A stretch of DNA of 64,000 nucleotides, taken from positions 128,001 through 192,000 of the IMG/VR virus record IMGVR_UViG_3300021399_000099; one strand, 5' to 3'. This document shows positions 10,079 to 21,481 of the stretch, one piece after another. The notes beneath the pieces are model-generated. The model was given only the letters and a program-made list of their open reading frames with translations. It was not told the origin of the DNA and did no database searches. Every line of letters begins with the position of its first letter. The first letter of the stretch is position 1. This DNA is from a virus (taxonomy: Duplodnaviria > Caudoviricetes). A program made the position numbers and the translations under genes.

Positions 10079-11008
10079 TTACTTAAGGTTGTCAATCCCG
10101 TTTTCGGCGTACCATTCGCGGAATTTCTTGTATTCCTCCTCGCCTACTTTGTTGATGGCCACCTGCAAGTCGTTGTAATCGCAGTGCTTAATCTTGACGA
10201 TAATCCGCTTGCCGCGAGGGTCCTTGATAGGAACGACCGGTCTGGCTACAATGCCTTCCTCAAGATAGTCGGGGTTTGAAACATCCGGCACGAGGGTCTT
10301 AAATCCCTTCTTAACCATCTCTTCTGCCTCCTCAATGGTCATCTGGCCAATGTAGGGTGCAACTGTGAGACCAAGTTTCTCGGCATAGTCGTTCAGCATA
10401 TCAATGGGAACCCACCAACCCTGCACACAGATGTCGAAGATGGAGAAACGGTTCTTATCCTTGTCATAGTTGCCGCCAGACTGAATCTTCTTACCGAAGA
10501 ACTCACCATAGATATAAACGGGAACCTCTTCTACGTGGATAACGCCATACTGTGGGTGTTCTCTGTATTCGTTGATGGTGATGGGGTTCGGGTCAGGGTC
10601 ACCAGCAGAAGAATCATACAAAAGAATCTGGTTCTTATCATTCATTACAGGAGCAAACTTAGCACTCTCAGGCGGGAACAGCTCAGCAAGAATGGGCTTA
10701 ATCCTTTCAATCTCAGCATCAAGGAATGCCTTCTGCCCGGTACCTACGATGTCAGCATTGTCAGTCTTGCCACCAGGGAAACATTCTCCAGTGGAAGGGA
10801 AATAAACAATCTTACTATTGGTACCGTCTATTTTACTAAAACAATCAAACTTCAAACCCTTGATGTATTCCATAAAATCGTCAGAGTATTCATCGACAAT
10901 GATTTTATTCATAAACACCTTCCAGTCCTTGTTAGGAAGAGTGACCTTTCCAAGATTTTGATATCTTTTATACAAAGTGTTGATTTTTGTGTAAGTTTGT
11001 GTCTTCAT
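10079..11008 (-). CDS. RNA ligase (Rnl2-like nucleotidyltransferase)
   Basis: KIDGTN (motif I), YGEFFG, FDI, EGIVARP, KIK. Confidence 0.8.
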   Translation of the reverse strand: MKTQTYTKINTLYKRYQNLGKVTLPNKDWKVFMNKIIVDEYSDDFMEYIKGLKFDCFSKIDGTNSKIVYFPSTGECFPGGKTDNADIVGTGQKAFLDAEIERIKPILAELFPPESAKFAPVMNDKNQILLYDSSAGDPDPNPITINEYREHPQYGVIHVEEVPVYIYGEFFGKKIQSGGNYDKDKNRFSIFDICVQGWWVPIDMLNDYAEKLGLTVAPYIGQMTIEEAEEMVKKGFKTLVPDVSNPDYLEEGIVARPVVPIKDPRGKRIIVKIKHCDYNDLQVAINKVGEEEYKKFREWYAENGIDNLK

Positions 11009-11020
11009 AACTTTTGTATT

Positions 11021-11401
11021 TTAAATTAACTTTTCTAAACAATACTTAATAGCTGCTTCACAAGCTTGTTCATATGTGCTGTTTCCAACGATAGCAATAT
11101 AATCATCTCTTTCGTACGCGGTTTCTCTTCTTCCATCATATATTCTTCCAGTATAGTCACCACCGTAGAAATCATACTTTGGAACAACATGAATATTATG
11201 CACTTCCCTCAACCACTTCATTGCCATTTGGAGAGTTGGCGCTGTGACGTAATTATTTTGTTCAAGGTTCGTGCTACAATTCGTGTTAAAACGACACAGT
11301 TCTCCATTGTCTAATCTATAATGGCTATATGATGGGCAATCAAACCCCTTTTTCTTCAATAGTTTCGCTGTTTCAAAACTAACGTAATCTTCTGTAATCA
11401 T
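11021..11401 (-). CDS. conserved Bacteroidetes-phage hypothetical protein (paralogue of 30088-30450)
   Basis: MITEDYVSFETAKLLK.KGFD...PTLQMAMKWLREVH shared with the paralogue. Confidence 0.75.
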   Translation of the reverse strand: MITEDYVSFETAKLLKKKGFDCPSYSHYRLDNGELCRFNTNCSTNLEQNNYVTAPTLQMAMKWLREVHNIHVVPKYDFYGGDYTGRIYDGRRETAYERDDYIAIVGNSTYEQACEAAIKYCLEKLI

Positions 11402-12110
11402 ATTGTTTTTTTTTATGTTTCATCCAATATATTACAAAAACCGTGCCAAACTATTTCGAATCCACAAAATCAAGGAACTCAATATTCTTAAACCTGCAGT
11501 AGAATACAAACCATTCCTTGTTTTCGATAGTTTCTCTGTTGTTGTTCAAGTAATATATGTTATCGTAGCTTTTCCAAGAATTATAAAACATGCGACCAAA
11601 CTTATCGATTTCGTCACCTTTTCTCGTAAGCACCGCCTGCCCATTATTCAACAGGTCATAAAGCCGGTCATAATCCTTGCTGACCTTGTAATCAAAGCAC
11701 ACTGTCGTAACGTCATTTTTATCCGCAGATTTAATGTTTTTCCTTGCAACATCGTTTATTAAGATGCCAAGCCCAAGGCCCAAAACAAAAATTAAGAAAA
11801 TCACAAAAATGGTAGAGACATAACTAACATTTAACATATTCATAAAAAAAATTAATAATTATTACCTTTATAATAAAAATGATATAAAAACCAACGAACT
11901 TAATCGTTGGTTACTGCCACTAATTCTCCTCAAATAATTCCAGCAAATACATAAAAACGTCAGCTATTGCGTGATACCTGGTACAACGGTAAGTATCTAC
12001 GTTGTAATTGGCATAGCCGAGTTTCCTGTATTCATTAAACTTCTTTTCGAGTTCTTCCTTTGTGATGGTCAATTTATCGCCATTAACCTCGTAACTCTCT
12101 ATATCAAAAG

Positions 12111-12434
12111 TCATTGGGCGGTCTCCTCCGTATCTATTTTTCCATCATCGTCCTTCCACATATATTCCGGGTCGTCATAGAGCACAATCGGTCCGTCAGG
12201 ATAGTATGGAAGTGCCCTGATGGTGTTATACTCAATCCATTCCATCGCATCTTCGTATGACATTTCGTCCTCTGTCATCAGGCACTCAATCATTTTGTCA
12301 AAACTATATACGGCACGGCCATCACTCGACATACCGATATAGGCATCGACATAGGCCTTATCATCAAACACTATAACGTCCTCATATCCAAGGTCGCACA
12401 GGTGGTCCTTTAATGCTTGCAGTTTGTCTTTCAT
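12111..12434 (-). CDS. conserved phage hypothetical protein
   Basis: 107 aa; AVYS..KM...EDA.EWIEYN. Confidence 0.65.
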   Translation of the reverse strand: MKDKLQALKDHLCDLGYEDVIVFDDKAYVDAYIGMSSDGRAVYSFDKMIECLMTEDEMSYEDAMEWIEYNTIRALPYYPDGPIVLYDDPEYMWKDDDGKIDTEETAQ

Positions 12435-12667
12435 ATTGTCTTATCGTTTTCTATATTCTTCAATCAACTTGTTGGCGTCTTCGAGACTCATTTCCATCAG
12501 TTCCTTGTGTCTTCCGCCCTTCCACCCATTACAGAACTCGCAGGGGTCTTCCAGCTCGTCCCAGTCGTCATCGTTGTTGGGGTGTTTGTGGCATCCGTCT
12601 GGTCTTCCAGGGTTCTCATAATAGAGGCAGACCGGCAATGTATCGTATTCTTCGCGTGTCATATCGT

Positions 12668-12964
12668 TTATTCATTATTGTGTTTCTCGTTCCACTCTTT
12701 TAATCTTTCCTTCAGGCGTGATAGTTTGCGCTCCTTTTCCTCGCGGAACTCGTCAAGACCGAAATAAACTGCCATTTGTTCCATCATAATCGAAACATCA
12801 ACGAGTTCGGTAATGATTTCGTCCTTTGTTACCCTTCCCCTTCTTGCTTTTGCCAGGGCGGACAACATCTCCCCGGTTTCTTCCATAACCATTGCGACCT
12901 GGGCTTCAATACCCCAGCTGTCAAGTGCTTTCGTGTAAAGTAAAACTTTCTCTGTATCAGTCAT
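12668..12964 (-). CDS. MazG-like nucleotide pyrophosphohydrolase
   Basis: EETGE...ELVDV motif. Confidence 0.7.
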   Translation of the reverse strand: MTDTEKVLLYTKALDSWGIEAQVAMVMEETGEMLSALAKARRGRVTKDEIITELVDVSIMMEQMAVYFGLDEFREEKERKLSRLKERLKEWNEKHNNE

Positions 12965-13079
12965 ATCTTCTTAAAACTTAAATCTGTATCTCTATAGTAC
13001 AAAAAATAATAGTGATTTCAAAAACAAATTGATGTTTTGTCTCCGGGAAGATATTTATGATAGATAAAATATACAGAAT

Positions 13080-14303
13080 ATGGGAAAATACTTAACACTA
13101 TTTGGCACACATAGTTCTTACGAGGAATATATTGACGGACCGGATGCAATACTGCCGAACGTATCTTATTGTAAAGATGTAAAGGATGTACATTTTAATC
13201 CTGTACATCATTATTCTAAAGATTATTTAACTTTTAAAGTTATATCTGCAGGAACCATTGTTTGGAAAGCACAGAATTCCGCTTATACGACAACAATCGA
13301 ATATAGTTTAGATAGTGGGGAAACCTGGGCCGAGATTACTTCAAATACGGGGGATTCAGCACCTAGTATCTCTGTAAGTGCTGGAGATGTTGTTCAATTT
13401 AAAGGAGATAATGCAACTTATAGTTCCGGTTTTTCAAGGTGTAATTCTTTCAGTGCCTCGACAGCGAAGTTTGAAGCCGAAGGTAATATTATGTCACTTA
13501 TAGATAGTACTGGATATACAACAGCTACAACTCTTGCAAATAGTTATACATTCTATTATTTATTCCGTGAATGTACTGGTTTAACTTCTGCTGAAAATCT
13601 TGTATTACCTGCTACTACATTGGCAAACAATTGTTATCAAAATATGTTCATTCGTTGTACTGGGTTAACATCAGCACCTGAACTTCCTGCAACAACATTA
13701 GCTAATAATTGTTATGATGGTATGTTCTTTGGTTGTACAGGGCTAACATCAGCACCGGAACTTCCTGCTACTACATTGGCAACACAGTGTTATAATAATA
13801 TGTTCTATGGTTGTACAAGCCTCACAACAGCGCCCGAACTTCCTGCTACTACATTGGCAAACAATTGTTATCAAAGTATGTTCAAAGGTTGTACAAATTT
13901 AACTTCAGCGCCAGAACTTCCAACAACTACATTAGCACGTGCTTGTTATAATAGTATGTTCGGTGATTGTACATCATTAACTAAAGCACCTGAACTTCCC
14001 GCTACTACATTGGCAAGTAGTTGTTATGCGGTTATGTTCCAAGGTTGTACATCTTTAACTACCGCACCTGAATTACCCGCTACTACATTGGCAGAGAATT
14101 GTTATAGATATATGTTCAATGGTTGTACAAGTTTAAATTATATCAAGTGTCTTGCAACAGATATCTCTGCAACTGGTTGTATAACTAATTGGGTGAATGG
14201 CGTTTCATCAACAGGTACCTTCGTAAAAGCCGCCTCTATGTCATCTTGGACAACTGGCGTAGATGGTGTTCCTACAAACTGGTCAGTACAAGACGCATCG
14301 TAA
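13080..14303 (+). CDS. BspA-like leucine-rich-repeat protein
   Basis: 24-aa repeats APELPATTLA..CY..MF.GCTSLT. Confidence 0.85.
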   Translation: MGKYLTLFGTHSSYEEYIDGPDAILPNVSYCKDVKDVHFNPVHHYSKDYLTFKVISAGTIVWKAQNSAYTTTIEYSLDSGETWAEITSNTGDSAPSISVSAGDVVQFKGDNATYSSGFSRCNSFSASTAKFEAEGNIMSLIDSTGYTTATTLANSYTFYYLFRECTGLTSAENLVLPATTLANNCYQNMFIRCTGLTSAPELPATTLANNCYDGMFFGCTGLTSAPELPATTLATQCYNNMFYGCTSLTTAPELPATTLANNCYQSMFKGCTNLTSAPELPTTTLARACYNSMFGDCTSLTKAPELPATTLASSCYAVMFQGCTSLTTAPELPATTLAENCYRYMFNGCTSLNYIKCLATDISATGCITNWVNGVSSTGTFVKAASMSSWTTGVDGVPTNWSVQDAS

Positions 14304-14323
14304 AAATACAAATAAGCAGTAAA

Positions 14324-14357
14324 AAACAAGGACCTGAAACAAAATCAGGTCCTTTTC
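14324..14357. terminator. bidirectional intrinsic terminator
   Basis: AAGGACCTGA-loop-TCAGGTCCTT flanked by A and T runs between convergent genes. Confidence 0.75.
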
Positions 14358-14366
14358 TTATTTTAT

Positions 14367-15029
14367 TTATCCATTTCCGGAAATCGCATTAAGCTTTTCA
14401 ATTGCTTCACGTCTGGTTCTTTCCTCGTTCTTGGCCAGTTGCATCTTCTCCCTTATCTGGGCCCATGAAACCGGTGTGTATCCATTGTTATCAACACCCA
14501 CGTCGTACTGGTTCCATTGGAGTTCCTTTCCGCCGGTCATAACGTTTCCAATCCCGTCAGGACCTGAGTGAATGTGCCCGAACAACTCTAAAACCTTGTG
14601 GTCCAGGTTGTTAGAGAAACTTAGGAACGGGAAGTGGTTAAGGATTACCGTCCATCCCTCAATGATAAGGATTTTTTGAAAGTCAATGCTGTCAAACCTT
14701 TCAACGAGCGTTCCTTCCCTGAATACTCTGTCCGGGTCGTGGTTTCCAAGAATGAGGTGGATATGCCCGTTAAGCCTCCCGGGTTCAAGACACCAGTTCC
14801 ACTTCTCAACATTACCGAAGCAGAAATCCCCGAGATTATATACATGGTCTTCCGGCCCAACAACGCTGTTCCAGTTATTTACAAGTGCCTCATTCATTTC
14901 CTCAACCGACCCGAAAGGCCTGTTGCAATACTTAAGGATGTTCTCGTGCCAGAAATGTAGGTCGCTAGAGAAGTAAATCTTTCCAACCTCTTCCGGTCTA
15001 ATCTTTGTTATGTAATCACTCTTGTTCAT
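14367..15029 (-). CDS. calcineurin-like metallophosphoesterase
   Basis: SDLHF.H, LGDF, GNHD, HFP, GHIH, DVGVD. Confidence 0.85.
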   Translation of the reverse strand: MNKSDYITKIRPEEVGKIYFSSDLHFWHENILKYCNRPFGSVEEMNEALVNNWNSVVGPEDHVYNLGDFCFGNVEKWNWCLEPGRLNGHIHLILGNHDPDRVFREGTLVERFDSIDFQKILIIEGWTVILNHFPFLSFSNNLDHKVLELFGHIHSGPDGIGNVMTGGKELQWNQYDVGVDNNGYTPVSWAQIREKMQLAKNEERTRREAIEKLNAISGNG

Positions 15030-15034
15030 AATCT

Positions 15035-15523
15035 TTAAACTTTTCTGTTCTTGTAATTGTCAATGGCCGCAGGAAGTATCCTCTTGTAATTCTCATCCTT
15101 AAAGAGCGGTGATGTAAGTATCATATCTGCTGTTGTCCTGTTCGTCGCAAATGCTATGTTATATAATGATGCAAGTCTTGTAAGAGCGGACACATCATTT
15201 TGATGCCCTTGCATAATAAGATTGTCACAGAAGAAAAACAATACATCAATCTTTCCTTCGGCAATCATTGCGCCAATCTGCTGGTCGCCACCGAGAGGCC
15301 CGCTGAGCAAACAAGTAACCTTTTCACATAATGGTAGTTCATATTGGGTGGGATTACCCCATTGGTCTCTTTCTATCGGCTGTGGGACTTTTATATTTTT
15401 AATTAATCTACCCGTTGTTCCTGTTGCAAACAAATTGTGGTTTTTTAACTCATTTATGTTGTACTTAACCCACTCAATCAACTCTTTCTTCCTTCCGTCG
15501 TGTGCTACTAATGCTATATTCAT
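15035..15523 (-). CDS. mgsA: methylglyoxal synthase
   Basis: IALVAHD.KK, ATGTTG, SGPLGGDQQIG, H..DV.AL.RLA, ATNRTTAD. Confidence 0.92.
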   Translation of the reverse strand: MNIALVAHDGRKKELIEWVKYNINELKNHNLFATGTTGRLIKNIKVPQPIERDQWGNPTQYELPLCEKVTCLLSGPLGGDQQIGAMIAEGKIDVLFFFCDNLIMQGHQNDVSALTRLASLYNIAFATNRTTADMILTSPLFKDENYKRILPAAIDNYKNRKV

Positions 15524-15663
15524 ATCTAATTTCTCCTTATTCAATGTAAATGTACCACCACATAAACTGCCTTGTATATCCATTGTTAAACCACCAACAG
15601 AAATCGCGGCGCATTCCAAACTCTACCTTCCCAATCTTAAAACTAAAAAGATAATCACCCATA

Positions 15664-16239
15664 TTATTTTATGCAATTTTTAAAAATCGATACCATTATG
15701 GAACTGTCAGTGAAACCGGACCGCCCATATGCCTCAATCTCAAACTGGGAGGTGGTCTTTTCAAGTTCGTTCAGTATTGCGGCAACGTTCTTAGGCGTAT
15801 ATTCAATCTTCTCCCCATGACCATTATATGTCACATACGCATACTTGGTCTTAATCTTCTTGCCAATGTATCCAAGAACGTCCTTCTGGGTGCCATATTC
15901 AGTGGTAACCTTTTCGCCCGTGTAGTCATATACCTTATACACGTACTTGGTGTCTGATTTGACTGAAGCCGGGAGCTTAATCTCCTCAACATAAACGTCG
16001 TCACTGAAAAACGCATTGCTGGCATTCCTTGTACCCTGGTCAGCGAGAATGGACTTTACATTGTCGGCATATTTCTTCTCGTGCTTCCAATATTCCTTCT
16101 GGTCCATATTCGTGATTACCTTTTCGGCCTCGTCCTTCTTGCAGACAAAGTTATTAAGGATTTTTATGTTACGATAGTCCCAAGTTGAATTGGGCTCCAC
16201 AACTTCCAGGGATATTATTTTTTCCTTTTTTCTGGGCAT
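15664..16239 (-). CDS. hypothetical protein
   Basis: likely start MPRKK at 16239. Confidence 0.6.
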   Translation of the reverse strand: MPRKKEKIISLEVVEPNSTWDYRNIKILNNFVCKKDEAEKVITNMDQKEYWKHEKKYADNVKSILADQGTRNASNAFFSDDVYVEEIKLPASVKSDTKYVYKVYDYTGEKVTTEYGTQKDVLGYIGKKIKTKYAYVTYNGHGEKIEYTPKNVAAILNELEKTTSQFEIEAYGRSGFTDSSIMVSIFKNCIK

Positions 16240-16284
16240 TTTTATTATTTCCTTATATTTATGTATGATAAAAAGTTTTAACCT

Positions 16285-16437
16285 ATGGCATGTGCATGTA
16301 AAAACAAAGCTGCTAACAACGCCCAAGTAACAAAGGTAAAGCAGGTCGTAAAGACCAAGAACGTTACCCCTTCGGCTGCAGCATCTCAAACCGGTCATAA
16401 AGTAACGAAGAGAGTAATCTACCGCCGCTCTGTATGA
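16285..16437 (+). CDS. small basic protein MACACKNK... (50 aa)
   Basis: ATG to TGA open frame preceded by TATTTAT motif; too short for the ORF track. Confidence 0.55.
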   Translation: MACACKNKAANNAQVTKVKQVVKTKNVTPSAAASQTGHKVTKRVIYRRSV

Positions 16438-16838
16438 AGGGGTGAGGACCCACGCGTTTAATCCTGGGTCTGGTCAAACAAGGCCTCGTATTCTTCCTTT
16501 GTTATCTCATTCCCATCGGCGTCATAATATGCCTCGCCGTACTCGTATGAGTTGTCGTCTCCAATAGATGCCCAAGAACATTTCGAAGGCGTCTTTTTTA
16601 TTTCTCCCTCAATCCAAGCCGATGGAATATTGATTGTTTGTTCCGGCAGGGCATCAAGAATACAGGACAACTGCTGAAGTGTTCCAACCATAAGTCCTTC
16701 CATACGGAATAAAGCCTTCCTTTCACCGTCCTCGTCTTTTTTTCCCGGAGTCCTGGCGTTTATTAGGTCGGTAATGCAGGAATCAATATCATTGTAGAGT
16801 TCCTGAGTTGATTGTCTTAATTTAATAAGTTCCATATG

Positions 16839-17597
16839 CTACAACTTTTCAAGGTCATCGTGAAGTTCTGCAATCCCGTCAGCCACCATAACATATCCAA
16901 ATTCTCTTAATATTGCTTCGGCGGTCGATAAATCATCCATCTGCACCTCGCTGGGCTTCCAAGAAGGATAGAGGGCTTTGAGCCAACCTATTAGTTTTTC
17001 CTTTTCCTCCCTGCTAATCAATCGTTCCGTTCTCCACCAATTTTGTACATATGACGCTTCGACAAGAATTGCAGCGATTCTGTTAAGATTGTTTATATCC
17101 TCCTCGCTCCACTCTTGCTTTGACTGAGGGCGGAGAGATTTTAATTTTTCAAGTATGCCATTTCGTGTAATGTTATATTTCGCAAGTTCTTCTTCTGGTA
17201 TCCAAGCCGTAAATCCCCATAGCATCTTCTCATCCTCCTCGCTCCACTCTGCAGGCTGCGGGTCAATAACATTGATATGCTTTTTCAGCCAATTGTCAAT
17301 CTGGTATTGAGTAATGCCAAAATGAACAACCCCATCGCGAATTGCCTCGTCTGAAATAACGGGCTTCTGCTCTTTCAGTCTTTCAAGATAAGCACGAATT
17401 GCAGGAACATCTTCTATTGCCACACAACTAGACCGGCCTTTATCCCAATCGTAACAGCAGCGGAGTATTATCTGTCTTATTCTCTCATCTTCGCTCTCCT
17501 TCAATTCAATGACAACCTTACCACCTTCAATTCTGGCTTCGTAACCTTCGGGAATTTCATACTCGTATCTCTTGGGTATATTTGTATTGTTATTCAT
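16839..17597 (-). CDS. hypothetical protein with EWSEED repeats
   Basis: N-terminal EIPEGY.ARIEG.KVIIE..ESEDE shared with 29429-30085. Confidence 0.7.
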   Translation of the reverse strand: MNNNTNIPKRYEYEIPEGYEARIEGGKVVIELKESEDERIRQIILRCCYDWDKGRSSCVAIEDVPAIRAYLERLKEQKPVISDEAIRDGVVHFGITQYQIDNWLKKHINVIDPQPAEWSEEDEKMLWGFTAWIPEEELAKYNITRNGILEKLKSLRPQSKQEWSEEDINNLNRIAAILVEASYVQNWWRTERLISREEKEKLIGWLKALYPSWKPSEVQMDDLSTAEAILREFGYVMVADGIAELHDDLEKL

Positions 17598-18038
17598 ATC
17601 TACTTTTTTCTTTTAAAATCCTCTTTTAGTTCTTCCAGCTTTCGAAGTTCCTTAATGTGGTCCGGCTTGAGAAACTCTTCCATAACTTCAGATTTGCAAA
17701 TCAATGTCGAAATCAAATCCTCACTCATTGCAAGAAGCTCAAACATTTCATCACCGAAGTCATCCCAATCAACTTCGTGCGGATAGTTCTCCGACTCGGC
17801 AATCTTGCTCTCAAAATATTTCAGCCGCAAAATCAAAAGACGGCTTAGGATTACCGCACGATAGGAAATGCTGTCCGTTTCGTGGTATAGTTTCCAGAGT
17901 TCGTCTTTTGACTTTTCTTGTTCATTGCTGCTGCAGCTTACGTGGGCCACCTTTAAAATCCTAGGAAATAATTTTCCCCATTTCCACCAACTCATAATTT
18001 TAACTTTTCTTATTGCATATGCAAATATTGTGCCAAAC

Positions 18039-18257
18039 TCAGTTTTTCAAGAAGAAAATAAGCAACGCAATTAAAATGAGTACGACCAAACCACCGGTAA
18101 TCCAAAGCGGAGACAGGACCCATAACCAAGACCACTCAATTATATGACAAAGTTTCAGTACAATGAACGCAATTGTCAAAAGACCGATAAACCCAATGCC
18201 ACCGGAAGCTGATGCGTGGCTGGTGCTGCTACTACTGTTGTTAATATAGGTTCCCAT
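18039..18257 (-). CDS. small membrane protein
   Basis: GGIGF.GLLTI.FIVLKL...WSW.WVLSPLWI conserved phage TM pattern. Confidence 0.7.
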   Translation of the reverse strand: MGTYINNSSSSTSHASASGGIGFIGLLTIAFIVLKLCHIIEWSWLWVLSPLWITGGLVVLILIALLIFFLKN

Positions 18258-18258
18258 A

Positions 18259-18933
18259 CTATTTCTTTGTTATGATTTTATCTACTAGACCATAATCAAC
18301 AGATTCTTGGGCATTAAACCAATGGTCTCTGTCAGCATCCTTCTCAATCTCCTCAAAGGACTTGCCGGTATTTACAGCAAGAATGTTGTAAAGGGTATTC
18401 TGTATCTTCTGGCTTTCTTTTGCGGCAATCTGAAGGTCGGCATTCTGTACGCGACCAGTAGCCGAGCTCACCTGGTGTATCATCACACTACCGTTTGGAA
18501 GGATAAAACGCTTACCTTTTGCACCGGACGACACAAGGATTGAGCCCATAGAGGCACACATACCCATACAATAAGTGGAGACATCCGGGTCAATAAAGTT
18601 CATTACGTCATAGATTGCAAGTCCGTCGATGCAGCTGCCGCCTGGAGAATTAATGAACATCTTAATATCCTCTTCCTTATCGGTAATTGAATTAAGATAG
18701 AGAAGCTGGGCGTTAATGATATTGGCCACGTCCTCGTTAATTTCGCTCCCAAGAAAAATTATCTTGTCATACATTAATCGGGAAAACACAGACATCGGGG
18801 CGCAATTCAGTGTCCTTTCCTCAAGGATATATGGTTCAATAATTCCGTTTCTCAGGTTATATTTTGCATAACCGTCAAGTTTGTTGGTGCCAATGCCCTG
18901 CGACATGGCGAATTTTTCAAAATCTGTCATCAT
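18259..18933 (-). CDS. clpP: ATP-dependent Clp protease proteolytic subunit
   Basis: SVFSRL, INSPGG, GMCASMGS, MIHQ, DRDHW. Confidence 0.92.
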   Translation of the reverse strand: MMTDFEKFAMSQGIGTNKLDGYAKYNLRNGIIEPYILEERTLNCAPMSVFSRLMYDKIIFLGSEINEDVANIINAQLLYLNSITDKEEDIKMFINSPGGSCIDGLAIYDVMNFIDPDVSTYCMGMCASMGSILVSSGAKGKRFILPNGSVMIHQVSSATGRVQNADLQIAAKESQKIQNTLYNILAVNTGKSFEEIEKDADRDHWFNAQESVDYGLVDKIITKK

Positions 18934-18946
18934 AATTTATTGTTTT

Positions 18947-19783
18947 TTAAGGATTTAATAAAATTTCTTCGTTATTATCTACTGCATCAAGGTCCGTGAT
19001 GGTATATTTATAAAAGCACGTCGTCTTGTTCGGGGTCTCAACGAATTCAAAGCCACCCGTCTCAACATCATATAACACAAATCCGTGGCCAGAAACCGTT
19101 TCACCGTAGTTTTTCTGCTTAAGACTTGAACAATACACGATATTCGTTCCATTGCCCGGGATTACTTGCTGTTTATGTATATGTCCGGCAATCACAAAAT
19201 CCGTACCATCGAATAGATTGACATTTAACGCGTTCTCGGAAACCATATTGGTAGGTGTTGTGGCCCCGTTTATTTCGCCGTGAATGAGACCGATATATTT
19301 CACATTGCTATCTTGCCTTGTCTCCTTGTCCGCTACGAACCCGGGCTTTTCAAAACTGGTAAATGTTGAATAAAGGCACCACACCACATTATCGTCCTTT
19401 ACAAACCCAGACTTATATCCAAACTCCATATCCAGGTATCTTGTGTGCTTGAAAGTCGCCATTTCAAATATTGGAGTTATGCTGTCCATCTTTGAAAGGT
19501 TTTGCAGGTTAAGGTCGTGGTTTCCGGCGATTACAATGGTGGGGCATATATCATCAAGCTCCTGTAAGAACCAGTATCCGGCAAGAAGCCCCTCATTTGA
19601 TATCGTTATCTTATCATCAAAGAGGTCTCCCCCGACTACAATCCTTACATATTCTGGACCTCCGGCTTCTTCCACAATCTTCTTTGCCTGACCGAAAAAT
19701 GTCTGTGCAACATCTTTTAAGTCATCCAGCCCCTTAAAATTAGGGATATGAATATCAGCTATGCCTATTATCTTCTTTATCAT
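18947..19783 (-). CDS. Mre11/SbcD-like (gp47-like) nuclease
   Basis: ADIH, GGDLFD, AGNHD, GHIHK, YGE..GHG. Confidence 0.75.
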   Translation of the reverse strand: MIKKIIGIADIHIPNFKGLDDLKDVAQTFFGQAKKIVEEAGGPEYVRIVVGGDLFDDKITISNEGLLAGYWFLQELDDICPTIVIAGNHDLNLQNLSKMDSITPIFEMATFKHTRYLDMEFGYKSGFVKDDNVVWCLYSTFTSFEKPGFVADKETRQDSNVKYIGLIHGEINGATTPTNMVSENALNVNLFDGTDFVIAGHIHKQQVIPGNGTNIVYCSSLKQKNYGETVSGHGFVLYDVETGGFEFVETPNKTTCFYKYTITDLDAVDNNEEILLNP

Positions 19784-20464
19784 TGTTTTTCTTCCTTACT
19801 TTTAAAATAAGTTATTAATTCATTGATGGCTTTTTCAACTATAATTTTAGTGATTTCCGGTTTAACTCCAAATAACATATCAAAAGAAATCTGTCTTTGG
19901 GCCATTAATGGGACTTTTTCTAATGGGGTGTTGATTTTGGTTTTCCCTACAATAAGTAAAAAACAAAGTTCCCAATCCCACGAAAAACGCACCTCATAAT
20001 TTTTATTCCCGTCTTTGATGCTTGTCCATGGGCCGGTTTCTATTTCTTTGCCATTATAATCAATCATTTTTTTGTAATATATGTCATAACCGAAAAGCTT
20101 CCCATCTTTGGATATATTGTCTAAGTCAATCGTTATCATAATTACCACTTGTCGTCAAATATGCAACCCCTGATACCATAAAGATTATGATAGTGAGTAC
20201 ATGCTTCTTCGAAATTTTTCTGACTTTTCTCCTTGTCCCCAGAAACTTCCCAAAAGAAACACGCCTTATTTTCGGTGTTCTCAAAATCAACGAATTCTTT
20301 TTCGTTGTCCTTAACAGTTTGCAAATTCGTGTTAAGATACGGACAACCCAAAAGGTTTTCACCGAGCGGGTCTCCACCATCTATGACTTCCATCAGCCGA
20401 AGTGTTTTTCCTTCGCGTTCTATTTCAATGCCATAAGCATCATCGTTTTTATAAATTGCCATAT

Positions 20465-21481
20465 TTAAACTAATAACTCTATCTCGCTGAACTCCTTGAC
20501 TTGTCTGAATGCCTTAATCATCCCCTGCTTGCCCGCGGCTTCGTATATCTCACCGAAGTCCTTGTATGGTATCTCGTCCGTCCCAAGTCTCAAGTATCTT
20601 ATTTTTCCACGTAACCTACCGATATTCAATAAGTTATATATCCTCTTCGTTTCACTCAGTTCTGTATCTCCATCAAGGCAGATTACTATGTTCGCCCGGG
20701 CCCTATCATATAACTCCTGGAATATTTTCGTGTCCTTTGAGAGCGTCTTTCCTAAAAGTGCGATTGAATTCGGGTAATAAAGGCAGTCAAGGGCGCCCTC
20801 ACACAGATATATTGTTGCATCCCACTGTATAAGACTCTCCTGGAATACGATTTCGTTCTTGTCGTTCTTTGAGTTCCAGTATTTCATCTTTTTGGGGTTG
20901 CCGCTGAAATCTCTTCCAACCCAATAGTTAAGGTCTCCAGCACTATCGTATGAGGGTATTATAATCCGGTCCCTCATCTGCCATTTCTCTTCATCCCAGG
21001 TTGTATAGCCGATATTATGCTGGTCTATAATGTCTTGCGTAATGTGTCGCTTTTTAAGATATTCAACAAGCTTTTTCTTACGACATTTTGACAGGTCTAT
21101 CTTCGTAAATGTATCGGGTAACTTAATGTAATCGTTCAAGTAAGCATTCTCAGCCATATCCTTGAACAACCCGATATTGTAGTACTTACTTTCCTTGATG
21201 TCCTTTACGGCAGCATAATAGTCCTTGAGGGCTTCAGTACCGCCATATTCTTTTACCAGACGAGATATTGGACCGGAAAATCCGCACCGCCAACAATGAC
21301 ATTTACCCAACGAGAATGAGGTTTCCATATTTTTCTTCCCGTCAGGTACGCCACCGTTTTCCTCGGCACACTCCGGGCAATCCCATTGATACTGTGAGGT
21401 ACCGTTGTCAAAGAACCCCTGTTTGCTCTCTCCAAGGAAACCGGCTAATATGTTGTAAATCCTGCTAAACATATACAACAT
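20465..21481 (-). CDS. DNA primase (Zn finger + TOPRIM)
   Basis: CPEC...CHCWRC, RIIIP, EGALD, LDGD, KDFGE. Confidence 0.85.
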   Translation of the reverse strand: MLYMFSRIYNILAGFLGESKQGFFDNGTSQYQWDCPECAEENGGVPDGKKNMETSFSLGKCHCWRCGFSGPISRLVKEYGGTEALKDYYAAVKDIKESKYYNIGLFKDMAENAYLNDYIKLPDTFTKIDLSKCRKKKLVEYLKKRHITQDIIDQHNIGYTTWDEEKWQMRDRIIIPSYDSAGDLNYWVGRDFSGNPKKMKYWNSKNDKNEIVFQESLIQWDATIYLCEGALDCLYYPNSIALLGKTLSKDTKIFQELYDRARANIVICLDGDTELSETKRIYNLLNIGRLRGKIRYLRLGTDEIPYKDFGEIYEAAGKQGMIKAFRQVKEFSEIELLV

